46,087 nt of DNA, from NCBI GenBank assembly GCA_964642575.1, contig CAZXRH010000003.1:1-46087 (forward strand). The letters run 5' to 3'. This document shows, in pieces, positions 34,801-43,232 of the stretch. Under the pieces are notes generated by a model. The model was not told the DNA's origin and searched no databases. It saw only the letters and a program-made list of their open reading frames with translations. The position numbers and the translations under genes were made by a program. This DNA comes from an uncultured Halanaerobiales bacterium. Its GTDB lineage: Bacteria > Bacillota > Halanaerobiia > Halanaerobiales > M55B127. Positions within the stretch are counted from its first letter, which is position 1. Each line of letters opens with the position of its first letter.

Positions 34801-35427
34801 ATGCCAACTGGATTTAGTAAAAAAGAAAACGAGAATATTAAAAAAGAATTAATCAAAAAAGGGAGAAAACTTTTTTCGGTTTATGGATTAAAAAAAACTA
34901 CTATAAGTGATTTAACAGAAGCAGTAGGAATTGCTCAAGGTACTTTTTATAACTTCTTTGATTCAAAAGAAGAATTATATTTTGATGTATTGGATATAGA
35001 AGGGCAACAATTACGCCAAGATTTAACAAAATATAAAAAACAAATTATAAAAAACCCAAAAAAGGGAATAAAAGCATTATTATTAGAAGCGTATACTAAT
35101 TTAGAAGAAAATGAGCTATTTAAAGATCTTTTTTCTGGTAATACTTATCAAAGATTAGTAAGAAAGTTATCTGATAAGAAAATAGAAGATCATATTCAAA
35201 TGGACTTTTCGGAGATTATTCCTTTAATAGAAAAAGGACAGGAAAAAAATATTATTAAAGATGAAAAGACCGAATCAATTACTGGAATATTACATTTCCT
35301 ATTTTTTATTAGTTTACATAAAGATGATATTGGTAATGAAGTATTTAATAATTCTTTTGAACTTTTAGTTGATTTGATTGTAGATGGCTTAATAATTAAG
35401 GAGAATAACAATGAATACAATAATTAA
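34801..35427 (+). CDS. TetR/AcrR family transcriptional regulator
   Basis: HTH TISDLTEAVGIAQGTFYNFF. Confidence 0.85.
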   Translation: MPTGFSKKENENIKKELIKKGRKLFSVYGLKKTTISDLTEAVGIAQGTFYNFFDSKEELYFDVLDIEGQQLRQDLTKYKKQIIKNPKKGIKALLLEAYTNLEENELFKDLFSGNTYQRLVRKLSDKKIEDHIQMDFSEIIPLIEKGQEKNIIKDEKTESITGILHFLFFISLHKDDIGNEVFNNSFELLVDLIVDGLIIKENNNEYNN

Positions 35428-36352
35428 AACAAAAAATTTATCTAAGAATTATAAAACCACCAAAGCGGTCCAAAATTTATCTTTAACGGTAAATAAAGGT
35501 GAGATATATGGGTTTTTAGGGGTTAATGGAGCAGGAAAGACTACGACTATAAGATTACTTTTGGGAATGATTAACGCTACTCAAGGTACAGCTTATATAA
35601 ATGAAAAACCGGTTAATAATATCAAAGGAAAAGGTTGGAATCAAGTAGGATATTTGGTAGAAGATACTTATTCTTATCCTGAATTAACAGTTAAAGAGAA
35701 CCTTGAAATTATCTATCATTTAAGAAATTTATCTAATAAAAATGTTATTGACCAGATGATAACTAAGTTGAAGCTTACTAGATATGAAAATGTTAAATTT
35801 AAAAATTTATCTTCGGGTAATAAACAGAGATTAGGATTAGCCAAGGCCTTAATCCATAATCCTGAAATATTAATTTTAGATGAACCAACCAAAGGACTTG
35901 ATCCGGCTGGTATTGTTGAAATCAGAAAACTCTTAAAGGATCTATCTCAAAAGAATAATACTACAATATTTATTTCAAGCCATATATTAAGTGAAGTATC
36001 CAAGTTAGTGGATAGAATTGCTATAATACATGAAGGAAAATTAATTCAGGAAATTGATCATGAAGATTTAGAAAAATTAAAGGATAAATACCTTTTAATA
36101 GATACAGTTGATAATAAAAAAGCGCAGTCTATTATATCAGAAATGGGATATGAAGTTTTTGAAAATGATGATTATACATTAAGGATAGACAATATACAAG
36201 CATTGTCTTATCCAGAAAAATTATCTGTGAAGTTAGTAAATAAGGGTGTACCACCCACAACCATAAAAACTGAACAGGAAGATTTAGAATCATACTTTTT
36301 AAAACTAACTAATAATAACGGGCCGGGAGAGATTCAAGATGAGACAACTTAA
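35411..36352 (+). CDS. ABC transporter ATP-binding protein (ABC-2 exporter type)
   Basis: Walker A GVNGAGKTT, signature LSSGNKQRL and Walker B ILILDEPT. Overlaps the tetR end by 17 nt. Confidence 0.88.
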   Translation: MNTIIKTKNLSKNYKTTKAVQNLSLTVNKGEIYGFLGVNGAGKTTTIRLLLGMINATQGTAYINEKPVNNIKGKGWNQVGYLVEDTYSYPELTVKENLEIIYHLRNLSNKNVIDQMITKLKLTRYENVKFKNLSSGNKQRLGLAKALIHNPEILILDEPTKGLDPAGIVEIRKLLKDLSQKNNTTIFISSHILSEVSKLVDRIAIIHEGKLIQEIDHEDLEKLKDKYLLIDTVDNKKAQSIISEMGYEVFENDDYTLRIDNIQALSYPEKLSVKLVNKGVPPTTIKTEQEDLESYFLKLTNNNGPGEIQDETT

Positions 36353-37121
36353 AAAAGTACTTAAAACTGAGTTTCTTAAAGTGAAGAAAGCTAAAATATT
36401 TTGGATTACTATTATATTTTTCTCATTTATAACTATTATCATATCCCTCATGATGTTTATTCTTAAAAACCCCGAATTAGCTAGTCAAATGGGCCTTCTA
36501 GGAGCTAAATCACAGATCATTGGAGAAGCTAATTGGGAATCATATTTTGAAATATTATCTCAAATAATTGCCTTAGGTGGTTTAATAGGTTTTGGATTTA
36601 TAACCACCTGGATATTTGGAAGAGAATTTACTGATAAAACTATAGATGATTTAATATCCTTACCAATTTCACGTACTAAGATTATAACTGGCAAGTTTAT
36701 TATAATGTTTATCTGGAATTTATTGTTGATTTTATTAGTACTTCTAATTGGACTATTAGGTGGAGTAATAGTTGGTTTAGATGAATTAACTAAAAATATA
36801 ATGTTCAGTGGAATTCAATTATTTTTAACAACTTCATTACTTACTATTTTATTATCTACATTTGTAGCATTTTTTGCCAGTTACGGTAGGGGCTATTTGT
36901 TATCCCTAGGCTATGTAATATCAACCATGGTTTTATCTCAACTAGTTGCTGCTTTAGGGCATGGGGCATATTTACCCTGGTCAATACCGGCTTTATATAG
37001 TGGAGCTGCCGGTCCCGAACAAGCTCAGATGAGTTGGTTTAGCTATACATTGGTTATTATTTTTAGTGTTTTAGGCTATATCGTTACTGTTTTATGGTGG
37101 AATAAAGCAGATCATAATTAA
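36339..37121 (+). CDS. ABC-2 type transporter permease
   Basis: 260 aa with six hydrophobic segments. Overlaps the ATPase gene by 14 nt. Confidence 0.8.
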   Translation: MRQLKKVLKTEFLKVKKAKIFWITIIFFSFITIIISLMMFILKNPELASQMGLLGAKSQIIGEANWESYFEILSQIIALGGLIGFGFITTWIFGREFTDKTIDDLISLPISRTKIITGKFIIMFIWNLLLILLVLLIGLLGGVIVGLDELTKNIMFSGIQLFLTTSLLTILLSTFVAFFASYGRGYLLSLGYVISTMVLSQLVAALGHGAYLPWSIPALYSGAAGPEQAQMSWFSYTLVIIFSVLGYIVTVLWWNKADHN

Positions 37122-37154
37122 CTAAAAGTATAGTGGTAATATTAATTTTCCCTA

Positions 37155-37186
37155 ACAGCAGAATAATTCTGCTGTCTTTTTATTTT
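37155..37186 (+). terminator. Rho-independent terminator after the ABC-2 exporter genes
   Basis: ACAGCAGAAT / ATTCTGCTGT inverted repeat followed by CTTTTTATTTTT. Confidence 0.75.
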
Positions 37187-37214
37187 TAGTGAGATATTAT
37201 TTAATTAAAAAATA

Positions 37215-37243
37215 TTGCAGGATAATTTTGATAGGAGTAAAAT
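37215..37243 (+). promoter_or_regulatory. Candidate promoter of flavoprotein cassette copy 2
   Basis: TTGCAG, 17 nt spacer, TAAAAT. Confidence 0.4.
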
Positions 37244-37281
37244 ATAAACATATGTGTAAAAAATGCAAGGAGGTTTATACT

Positions 37282-37857
37282 ATGAACGCACTTTTATTTA
37301 ATGGTGCAAAAGCTGATGATGAATATACAAATAACATTGGTAAAGAGATAATTGATGTGGGTAATAAAGAAGGCTGGGAAATAGATTCAATAATTTTAAG
37401 AGATAAAAAGATTGGTCCTTGTAGAGGGTGTTTTAATTGTTGGGTCAAAACACCTGGTCAATGCATAATTAAAGATGGTGCGCAAGAAGTTGTTCAAAAA
37501 ATAGTAAATAAAGATCTTTTAATCTATTTAACTCCAATTACCTTTGGAGGTTACTCTTATCATCTTAAAAAAGTTTTAGACCGCTCCATTGGCATTATTT
37601 TGCCTTTTTTTAGAAAAGTAAAAGGTGAAGTCCATCATAAAATGAGATATACCCAATATCCTTATTTATTGGGGGTTGGCATAGATTATAGTGATGAGCG
37701 GAACAATGCACAACTGTTTGAGAAATTGATTGAGCGAAATTCGCTCAACTTTGAAGTGGATGGTTTTGAAAGTATGGTGATTAGACCAGATACTAATAAG
37801 GAAGATATTCAAAGCGAACTCATTGTTTCATTTAGAAATGTAGGTGAAACAGTATGA
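37282..37857 (+). CDS. Flavodoxin-fold protein with an iron-sulfur-flavoprotein-type Cys motif (cassette subunit A, copy 2)
   Basis: ATG 37282 after AAGGAGG; the listed 37189 start adds an implausible leader. C-x2-C-x2-C-x7-C (CRGCFNCWVKTPGQC). The N-terminus MNALLFNGAKADDEY lacks the FMN loop. Collinear with 22587..23159. Confidence 0.7.
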   Translation: MNALLFNGAKADDEYTNNIGKEIIDVGNKEGWEIDSIILRDKKIGPCRGCFNCWVKTPGQCIIKDGAQEVVQKIVNKDLLIYLTPITFGGYSYHLKKVLDRSIGIILPFFRKVKGEVHHKMRYTQYPYLLGVGIDYSDERNNAQLFEKLIERNSLNFEVDGFESMVIRPDTNKEDIQSELIVSFRNVGETV

Positions 37858-38498
37858 AAAATATTTTACTATTAGTTGGTAGTCCGCGTAAAGAAAAAAG
37901 CACTTCTAATTCCTTAGGAGAATATCTATTAAATGAGTTTAGAGATGAAGATTTTAATACAAAAAAAGTATTTTTACATTATAAAAAACAAATTAAAAAG
38001 CAAGAAATATTAGATAATATTGACTGGGCAGATTTAATTATATTATCATTTCCGTTATATGTAGATTGTTTGCCCGCTGATGTTATCAAAAATTTAGAAA
38101 TTATTAAAGATGAATATAATTCTAATCAAAATAAATACTTCTTTGCTATTTCTAATTGTGGTTTTCCTGAGTCTCACCATAATAATACCGCTTTAAAAAT
38201 ATGTAAACAGTTTGCTATAGAAATGAATTGGGAATGGAGAGGAAGTCTTGCTGTCGGAATGGGGGCAGCTATCAATGGTAGTCAGCTTATAGAGCCAAAA
38301 GGCATGGTGAAAAATATAATACAAGAACTTGATAATGTCTATGATAAATTAGCACATACTGATGATTTAATAAAAGCTAGTGCAGCACCATCTATACCAC
38401 AATGGTTGTATATTCTAATGGGTAATATGGGATGGAGATATCAGGCTTTTAAAAACGGGATATGGAATGAATTAAAAGATAAACCTTATAAAAAGTAG
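37854..38498 (+). CDS. Flavodoxin-fold NAD(P)H-dependent FMN reductase-like protein (cassette subunit B, copy 2)
   Basis: LLVGSPRKEKSTSNS loop and the FPLYVDCLP motif. ATGA overlap with the upstream gene. Collinear with 23163..23852. Confidence 0.7.
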   Translation: MKNILLLVGSPRKEKSTSNSLGEYLLNEFRDEDFNTKKVFLHYKKQIKKQEILDNIDWADLIILSFPLYVDCLPADVIKNLEIIKDEYNSNQNKYFFAISNCGFPESHHNNTALKICKQFAIEMNWEWRGSLAVGMGAAINGSQLIEPKGMVKNIIQELDNVYDKLAHTDDLIKASAAPSIPQWLYILMGNMGWRYQAFKNGIWNELKDKPYKK

Positions 38499-38610
38499 AA
38501 AGTATTTTTGTTAAGATTTTATTTTAAAAACCAAACTACAAAACCAACTGCCTTCTTCATATATATTATCATTAGAAAGCAGTTGGTATATTTTAAATTT
38601 AATGGAAAAA

Positions 38611-39417
38611 TCAATTTGAATTATTTTCAATAAATTGAATTATTGTTTCATTAAATTCAACAGGCTTTTCAGCAAAAAGCCCGTGACCAGAACCTTCAAT
38701 AACTTTGAAAACTGAGTTATCAATCTGATTATGAATTATTTGTCCATATAAAGGTGGTTTTAAGATATCTTCTTCAGCCGAAACAACCAGAGTTGGTATA
38801 TCTATTTCTGATAATTTATCAGTAATGTCAAGAGTTAAAAAGTTTTCGCAGAGAGCAATAAAAGCATCAAACCATTCTTTTGTAACTATTTCACCGAATT
38901 TTTCTGCTCTATCCTCCAACCATTCACCTTTCTTTTCATAAAATGAATTAGAATAAACATAAGGAGCCATTACTTTAAAGAAAAGTTTACCATTATATGT
39001 TTTAGAAGCAAGGATCCAGGCTTCAATTTTAGCTTTTAATAATGGTCTTACTTCACTAACTGCAGTTCCTAATAGAAGAGAAGATATTTTTTCTGGATAT
39101 TTTAAGGCAAATACCATTGCAACTTCTGCTCCATATGAAACTCCAACAATATGTACTTTATCAATTTCTAATTCTTCTAATAACTCATAAAAATCATCGG
39201 CATGTTGTTCAAATGTGAAATTATTGGGTTCAAGTGTAGACTGTCCCTGGCCTCTGAAATCATGCAGTAAAACATTATAGTTATCCTTAACTGCCTTAAC
39301 CTGTGGTTCCCACCAGGGAGTAGACATTGCCACTCCATTCAAAAAAGCAACAGTTTCTTTACTTTCACCTTTTAATTCATAATAGATATTAACACCATTT
39401 ATTTCTTTTGTAGGCAT
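38611..39417 (-). CDS. Alpha/beta hydrolase
   Basis: Nucleophile elbow GVSYG and C-terminal GSGHGLF. ATG 39417 follows AAAGGAG; the listed 39531 start adds 38 low-complexity residues. Confidence 0.8.
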   Translation of the reverse strand: MPTKEINGVNIYYELKGESKETVAFLNGVAMSTPWWEPQVKAVKDNYNVLLHDFRGQGQSTLEPNNFTFEQHADDFYELLEELEIDKVHIVGVSYGAEVAMVFALKYPEKISSLLLGTAVSEVRPLLKAKIEAWILASKTYNGKLFFKVMAPYVYSNSFYEKKGEWLEDRAEKFGEIVTKEWFDAFIALCENFLTLDITDKLSEIDIPTLVVSAEEDILKPPLYGQIIHNQIDNSVFKVIEGSGHGLFAEKPVEFNETIIQFIENNSN

Positions 39418-39594
39418 ATTAAACAGCTCCTTTTGTAATTGATTTCTTGTGGTTATTATAACATACAAAGGAAAAATTTTCATAATCGAGCTTGGTATTT
39501 GTAATAAATGGACTATATTTGATAAAATCATTATAACAGTAGAAAAAACAATGATAAAGGTTTTTTATATATAATGAAAGGAGAGAAACATTGT

Positions 39595-40233
39595 ATGATT
39601 GCAAACGAGTATAAATCAAAGATAAGTATTATATTTTTATTATCTTTATTTCTAATAATAGTAACTCCAATCACACAAGCAAATGGTGATGAAGAATTTA
39701 TCAAAAATCCCTATAATCTTAAAGCATATTTTCCCCTGCATTCAGGTATAGAATATTCTTATGCTGGAGAAGGTATTGAATATGCATCATTTAAAAGAAA
39801 GGTTATGTATGTTGAAGAGGAATATTTACAATTAACTGATAACAATGGTGGTACTATAGTTGTGAAAATTTATAAATTTGATGATAATGAGATTAGAGAG
39901 ATTTATACGCAAGGAGAGTTTTATAAAGAAGATAATATAATACCTGATATAAAAAATAAAAATGAAGGGCCTGTAATTTTGCAAGCCCCATTAAAGGTAG
40001 GTCATAGCTGGGAGAATAAAAACGATAGAAGAGAAATAGTTGCAATTAACGAAAAAGTACAGGTGCCGGCTGGAACCTTCTATCATGTTATAAAAATAAA
40101 GACCTCACATTTTGATAGTGATAATATAAGCTATAATTATTTTGCTCCTAATATTGGTTTAATAAAAAGTGAATATATTGGTGAGAATTTTGAAGTTAAG
40201 TCTGAACTAGAATCACTGAATATAAATAAATAA
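39595..40233 (+). CDS. Hypothetical secreted protein
   Basis: ATG 39595 after AAAGGAGAG. Signal peptide ending ITQANG. No motif recognised. Confidence 0.6.
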   Translation: MIANEYKSKISIIFLLSLFLIIVTPITQANGDEEFIKNPYNLKAYFPLHSGIEYSYAGEGIEYASFKRKVMYVEEEYLQLTDNNGGTIVVKIYKFDDNEIREIYTQGEFYKEDNIIPDIKNKNEGPVILQAPLKVGHSWENKNDRREIVAINEKVQVPAGTFYHVIKIKTSHFDSDNISYNYFAPNIGLIKSEYIGENFEVKSELESLNINK

Positions 40234-40287
40234 TAGATCTTTTTAAATGATTAATAAAAATATAGAAAAACTAGTTAAATATAAATA

Positions 40288-40334
40288 GGACAGAGTTCTG
40301 AATTAAAGGATTCAGGATTCTGTTCTTTTTTTTG
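40288..40334 (+). terminator. Rho-independent terminator
   Basis: 16-bp stem GGACAGAGTTCTGAAT / ATTCAGGATTCTGTTC (three G-U pairs) followed by T8. Confidence 0.8.
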
Positions 40335-40394
40335 TTAAATTTAGATTAGATAATAAGGAAACTGTAAAAAAAGTGAAAAACAAATAGTTATATC

Positions 40395-40423
40395 TTGACA
40401 TAAAAACTATGGATTGCTATAAT
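40395..40423 (+). promoter_or_regulatory. Consensus sigma-A promoter of feoAB
   Basis: TTGACA, 17 nt spacer, TATAAT. Confidence 0.75.
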
Positions 40424-40432
40424 TACATTAAT

Positions 40433-40451
40433 GAAAATGAGAATCATTTTC
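40433..40451. promoter_or_regulatory. Fur box
   Basis: GAAAATGAGAATCATTTTC matches the classical 19-bp Fur consensus GATAATGATAATCATTATC at 16 of 19 positions. It forms an 8-3-8 inverted repeat placed 9 nt downstream of the -10. Confidence 0.75.
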
Positions 40452-40549
40452 AATTAGATTAGGTTTCAAACAAATAATAAAAATAAATAAACTCTTTGTA
40501 AAAATTTTTTTTATGGATAAAGATTTTTAAAATATCAGGAGGTGTGGTT

Positions 40550-40831
40550 TTGGAGAATATAATAAGTAGCAAATTCATAACTGAATTATTAAATAAAGAA
40601 GAGATGAGGGATTCGGTGAAGAATTTAGCAGAAGCAAAAACCAATAAAGAATATATTATAAAAGATATAAAAACAGAAGATAAAGAGCTCAAGAAATATT
40701 TATTTACATTAGGGTGCTATGAAGGAGAAAGTATTACTTTAATATCAATACTTTCCGAAAATTATATTATTTCTGTAAAAGATGCACGATATAGTATAGA
40801 CAAGGATTTAGCTAAAGCTATAATTGTTTAG
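40550..40831 (+). CDS. feoA: FeoA family protein
   Basis: The C-terminal ~75 aa have FeoA SH3-like organisation (LAEAKTNKEYIIKDI ... LGCYEGESITLI ... ISVKDARYSIDKDLAKAIIV). TTG 40550 sits 7 nt after AGGAGG; the listed GTG 40544 is only 1 nt from the SD. ATG 40604 would give the 75-aa core only. Confidence 0.75.
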   Translation: MENIISSKFITELLNKEEMRDSVKNLAEAKTNKEYIIKDIKTEDKELKKYLFTLGCYEGESITLISILSENYIISVKDARYSIDKDLAKAIIV

Positions 40832-40875
40832 TTATAAAATATAAAATTAAATAAATTATATGGAGGAATAAATAA

Positions 40876-42894
40876 ATGAACAATCATAAAAGTATTAAAG
40901 TTGCACTAACGGGAAATCCCAATAGTGGTAAAACCACTATGTTTAATGCAATAACAGGAGAAATTGCCCATGTCGGTAACTGGCCCGGTGTTACCATTGA
41001 TAAGAAGGTAGGAAATATAAAATCAAAACTTAATAAGGAAGATATAAAAGTTAAAGCGATAGATCTTCCAGGTGCGTATTCAATGTCTCCCTTTACTTCT
41101 GAAGAAAATATCACAAGAGATTTTGTAAAGAATGAAGATCCAGACGTGATTATCAATATAGTTGATACAACTAATTTAAGTAGAAGCTTATTTTTCACTT
41201 CTCAGCTACTTGAATTAGGGATTCCGGTTGTGGTTGCTTTAAACAAAAGTGATTTAAGTGAAAAGAAAAATATAAACATAGATGTTGAACAATTGTCTAA
41301 TATTTTAGAATGTCCAGTAGTTAAAACTGTAGCAACTAGTAAAAATGATAATGATTTAGAAAAATTAATATCTAAAGTTGTTGAATTATCTGGAAATAAT
41401 CAAACTGCTCCATTTGATGTAGGAGATCTAGATATGACAGACAAGAAAGTAGTGGAAACTGTTGATAAACAAAGATTTGAGTTTGTAAAAAAGGTTGTTG
41501 AAAAAGTAGAAGACAGAGAAGTGAGTAGCAGTAATCAAACTTTACAGGATGTTTTTGATAGAATTGTAGCCCATAAATGGTTTGGCATTCCCATATTTGG
41601 TCTTGTCATGTGGGCGGTATTTTCACTTTCACAAACACATATAGGACCACTATTGGCCGACACCTTTGTGGGATGGATAGATAATTTTAATGGTTGGGTA
41701 GGAGCACTACTTGGTGAAGCAGTATCACCATTACTTGAGGCTATATTATTAGACGGTATAATTGGCGGTGTTGGAGCTGTTGTTGGTTTCTTACCTCTAA
41801 TTATGGTCTTATTCTTTTTACTAGCATTGCTTGAAGATTCGGGTTATATGGCCCGTGTTGCTATTGTTATGGATCGCTTTTTTAAAAAAGTTGGATTATC
41901 AGGTAGATCAATTATTCCGATGATTATTGGAACAGGTTGTGCTATTCCTGGAGTTATGGCAACAAGGACTATTAAAGATGAGAGACAGAGAAGAACAACT
42001 GCAATGTTAACACCTTTTATGCCTTGTGGTGCTAAATTACCCGTTATTGCTTTATTTGCTGGAGCTTTTTTTAATGAGGCAGGTTGGGTTGGTACAACTA
42101 TGTATTTCCTTGCAATTGGCATTATCATTATTGGAGCTTTAGCTGTAAGAAGGATAACTGGTGAGGAAAAAATAAGGTCACCATTTATTATGGAATTACC
42201 TGAATATAAGTTTCCAAGTATTAAACGGGCTACTAAATCCATGTTACATAGAGCAAAAGCTTTTATTGTAAAAGCAGGTACAATTATTCTTATTTGTAAT
42301 GCAGCTGTACAAATTATGCAGTCCTTTAACTGGCAGTTTGAGGTTGTTGCAGAAGGTGCAGCACATACCAGTATTTTGGCCGGTATTTCTTTTCCGTTTT
42401 CCGTACTATTAATACCCTTGGGTTTTGGAACTTGGCAACTAGCTGCAGCAGCAATTACTGGATTTATTGCAAAAGAAAATGTAGTTGGTACATTAGCTGT
42501 TGTATACTCAATTACCAACTTTATAAATCCTGAAGAACTTGCTTTAGTATCTGATGGTTCAACTGTTGCAAGTGTTATGGGGATAACTTCAGTAGCTGCT
42601 TTAGCATATCTTGTTTTCAACTTATTTACTCCACCATGTTTTGCCGCCATTGGTGCTATGAACTCTGAAATGGAGAGCAAAAAGTGGTTATGGGGAGCAA
42701 TTGGTTTTCAGTTAAGTATGGGATATACCGCAGCCTTTACTACTTATCAAGTAGGTACCCTGATTACAACAGGTACTCTAGGTAATGGTTTCATACCAGG
42801 ATTAATTGCTGTAACAGTAATTATTGGTTATATTGCATATTTGATGAGGGATAAGCAAGAACAATTAGAGATGGAATACAGTTTAAATACCTAG
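40876..42894 (+). CDS. feoB: Ferrous iron transporter FeoB
   Basis: N-terminal G domain (GNPNSGKTT, DLPG, NKSD) followed by a polytopic membrane domain. SD GGAGGAA. Confidence 0.93.
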   Translation: MNNHKSIKVALTGNPNSGKTTMFNAITGEIAHVGNWPGVTIDKKVGNIKSKLNKEDIKVKAIDLPGAYSMSPFTSEENITRDFVKNEDPDVIINIVDTTNLSRSLFFTSQLLELGIPVVVALNKSDLSEKKNINIDVEQLSNILECPVVKTVATSKNDNDLEKLISKVVELSGNNQTAPFDVGDLDMTDKKVVETVDKQRFEFVKKVVEKVEDREVSSSNQTLQDVFDRIVAHKWFGIPIFGLVMWAVFSLSQTHIGPLLADTFVGWIDNFNGWVGALLGEAVSPLLEAILLDGIIGGVGAVVGFLPLIMVLFFLLALLEDSGYMARVAIVMDRFFKKVGLSGRSIIPMIIGTGCAIPGVMATRTIKDERQRRTTAMLTPFMPCGAKLPVIALFAGAFFNEAGWVGTTMYFLAIGIIIIGALAVRRITGEEKIRSPFIMELPEYKFPSIKRATKSMLHRAKAFIVKAGTIILICNAAVQIMQSFNWQFEVVAEGAAHTSILAGISFPFSVLLIPLGFGTWQLAAAAITGFIAKENVVGTLAVVYSITNFINPEELALVSDGSTVASVMGITSVAALAYLVFNLFTPPCFAAIGAMNSEMESKKWLWGAIGFQLSMGYTAAFTTYQVGTLITTGTLGNGFIPGLIAVTVIIGYIAYLMRDKQEQLEMEYSLNT

Positions 42895-42903
42895 GAGGAA
42901 ATT

Positions 42904-43056
42904 ATGACTAATTTAATAGTAAGTATAATAATACTAGCAATATTAGCTGGAGCAATTACAAAAATTGTTATAGAAAAGAAAAAAGGAGTAAAATGTATTG
43001 GTTGTCCTTACAGTGAATCTGATAAAGAGAATTGCAGTTGTAGTATAAGCGAATAA
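42904..43056 (+). CDS. FeoB-associated Cys-rich small membrane protein (50 aa, absent from the ORF track)
   Basis: ATG lies 9 nt after the feoB stop and is preceded by AGGAGGAA. Translation: MTNLIVSIIILAILAGAITKIVIEKKKGVKCIGCPYSESDKENCSCSISE. That is one TM helix plus C-x2-C ... C-x-C. Confidence 0.7.
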   Translation: MTNLIVSIIILAILAGAITKIVIEKKKGVKCIGCPYSESDKENCSCSISE

Positions 43057-43179
43057 ATTACTATTTCAATGTTTATCAAATACTTTATAAGGGACATATC
43101 AATGAGCCAGAAAAAGAAAGCAAAAATCTTTATGTGGTTGTCTGTGATTAACCAAACTAAAAATCTAATAAAATAAACA

Positions 43180-43207
43180 AAACCTGCAGTTTTTAAACTG
43201 CAGGTTT
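43180..43207. terminator. Bidirectional terminator between the feo operon (+) and the repeat-protein gene (-)
   Basis: AAACCTGCAGTTT / AAACTGCAGGTTT 13-bp inverted repeat. Confidence 0.8.
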
Positions 43208-43232
43208 ATTAATTATAAAAATATTAAAAGGT

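Noticed and set aside
34095-35420. ORFs 34095..34310 (-) and 35196..35420 (-)
   Set aside because: They are antisense to the HAD gene and to tetR.
37189-37281. Listed N-terminal extension of flavoprotein A2 (MRYYLIKKYCRIILIGVKYKHMCKKCKEVYT) with a C-x2-C pair
   Set aside because: It starts inside the terminator T-tail, has no SD, and overlaps the candidate promoter. The paralogue A1 begins at the position equivalent to ATG 37282, which has a perfect AAGGAGG SD.
39419-41198. ORFs 39419..39619 (-), 40459..40692 (-) and 40884..41198 (-)
   Set aside because: The first lies in the divergent promoter region and is largely the spurious N-terminal extension frame of the hydrolase gene. The other two are antisense to the feoA leader/feoA and to feoB.
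41844-42680. 278-aa antisense ORF inside feoB, strikingly long for AT-rich DNA
   Set aside because: It lies entirely within the FeoB membrane domain. In this antisense phase a stop requires the sense strand to read NNY|TAN or NNT|CAN, meaning a Tyr, His or Gln codon after a pyrimidine-ending codon. These residues are rare in the hydrophobic FeoB core, so stop depletion is a compositional by-product. It has no SD or promoter, and the product is low-complexity.
43105-43179. 24-codon ORF (MSQKKKAKIFMWLSVINQTKNLIK) between the Cys-rich mini-ORF and the terminator
   Set aside because: It has no SD, is very short, and has no recognisable features. It is probably chance.
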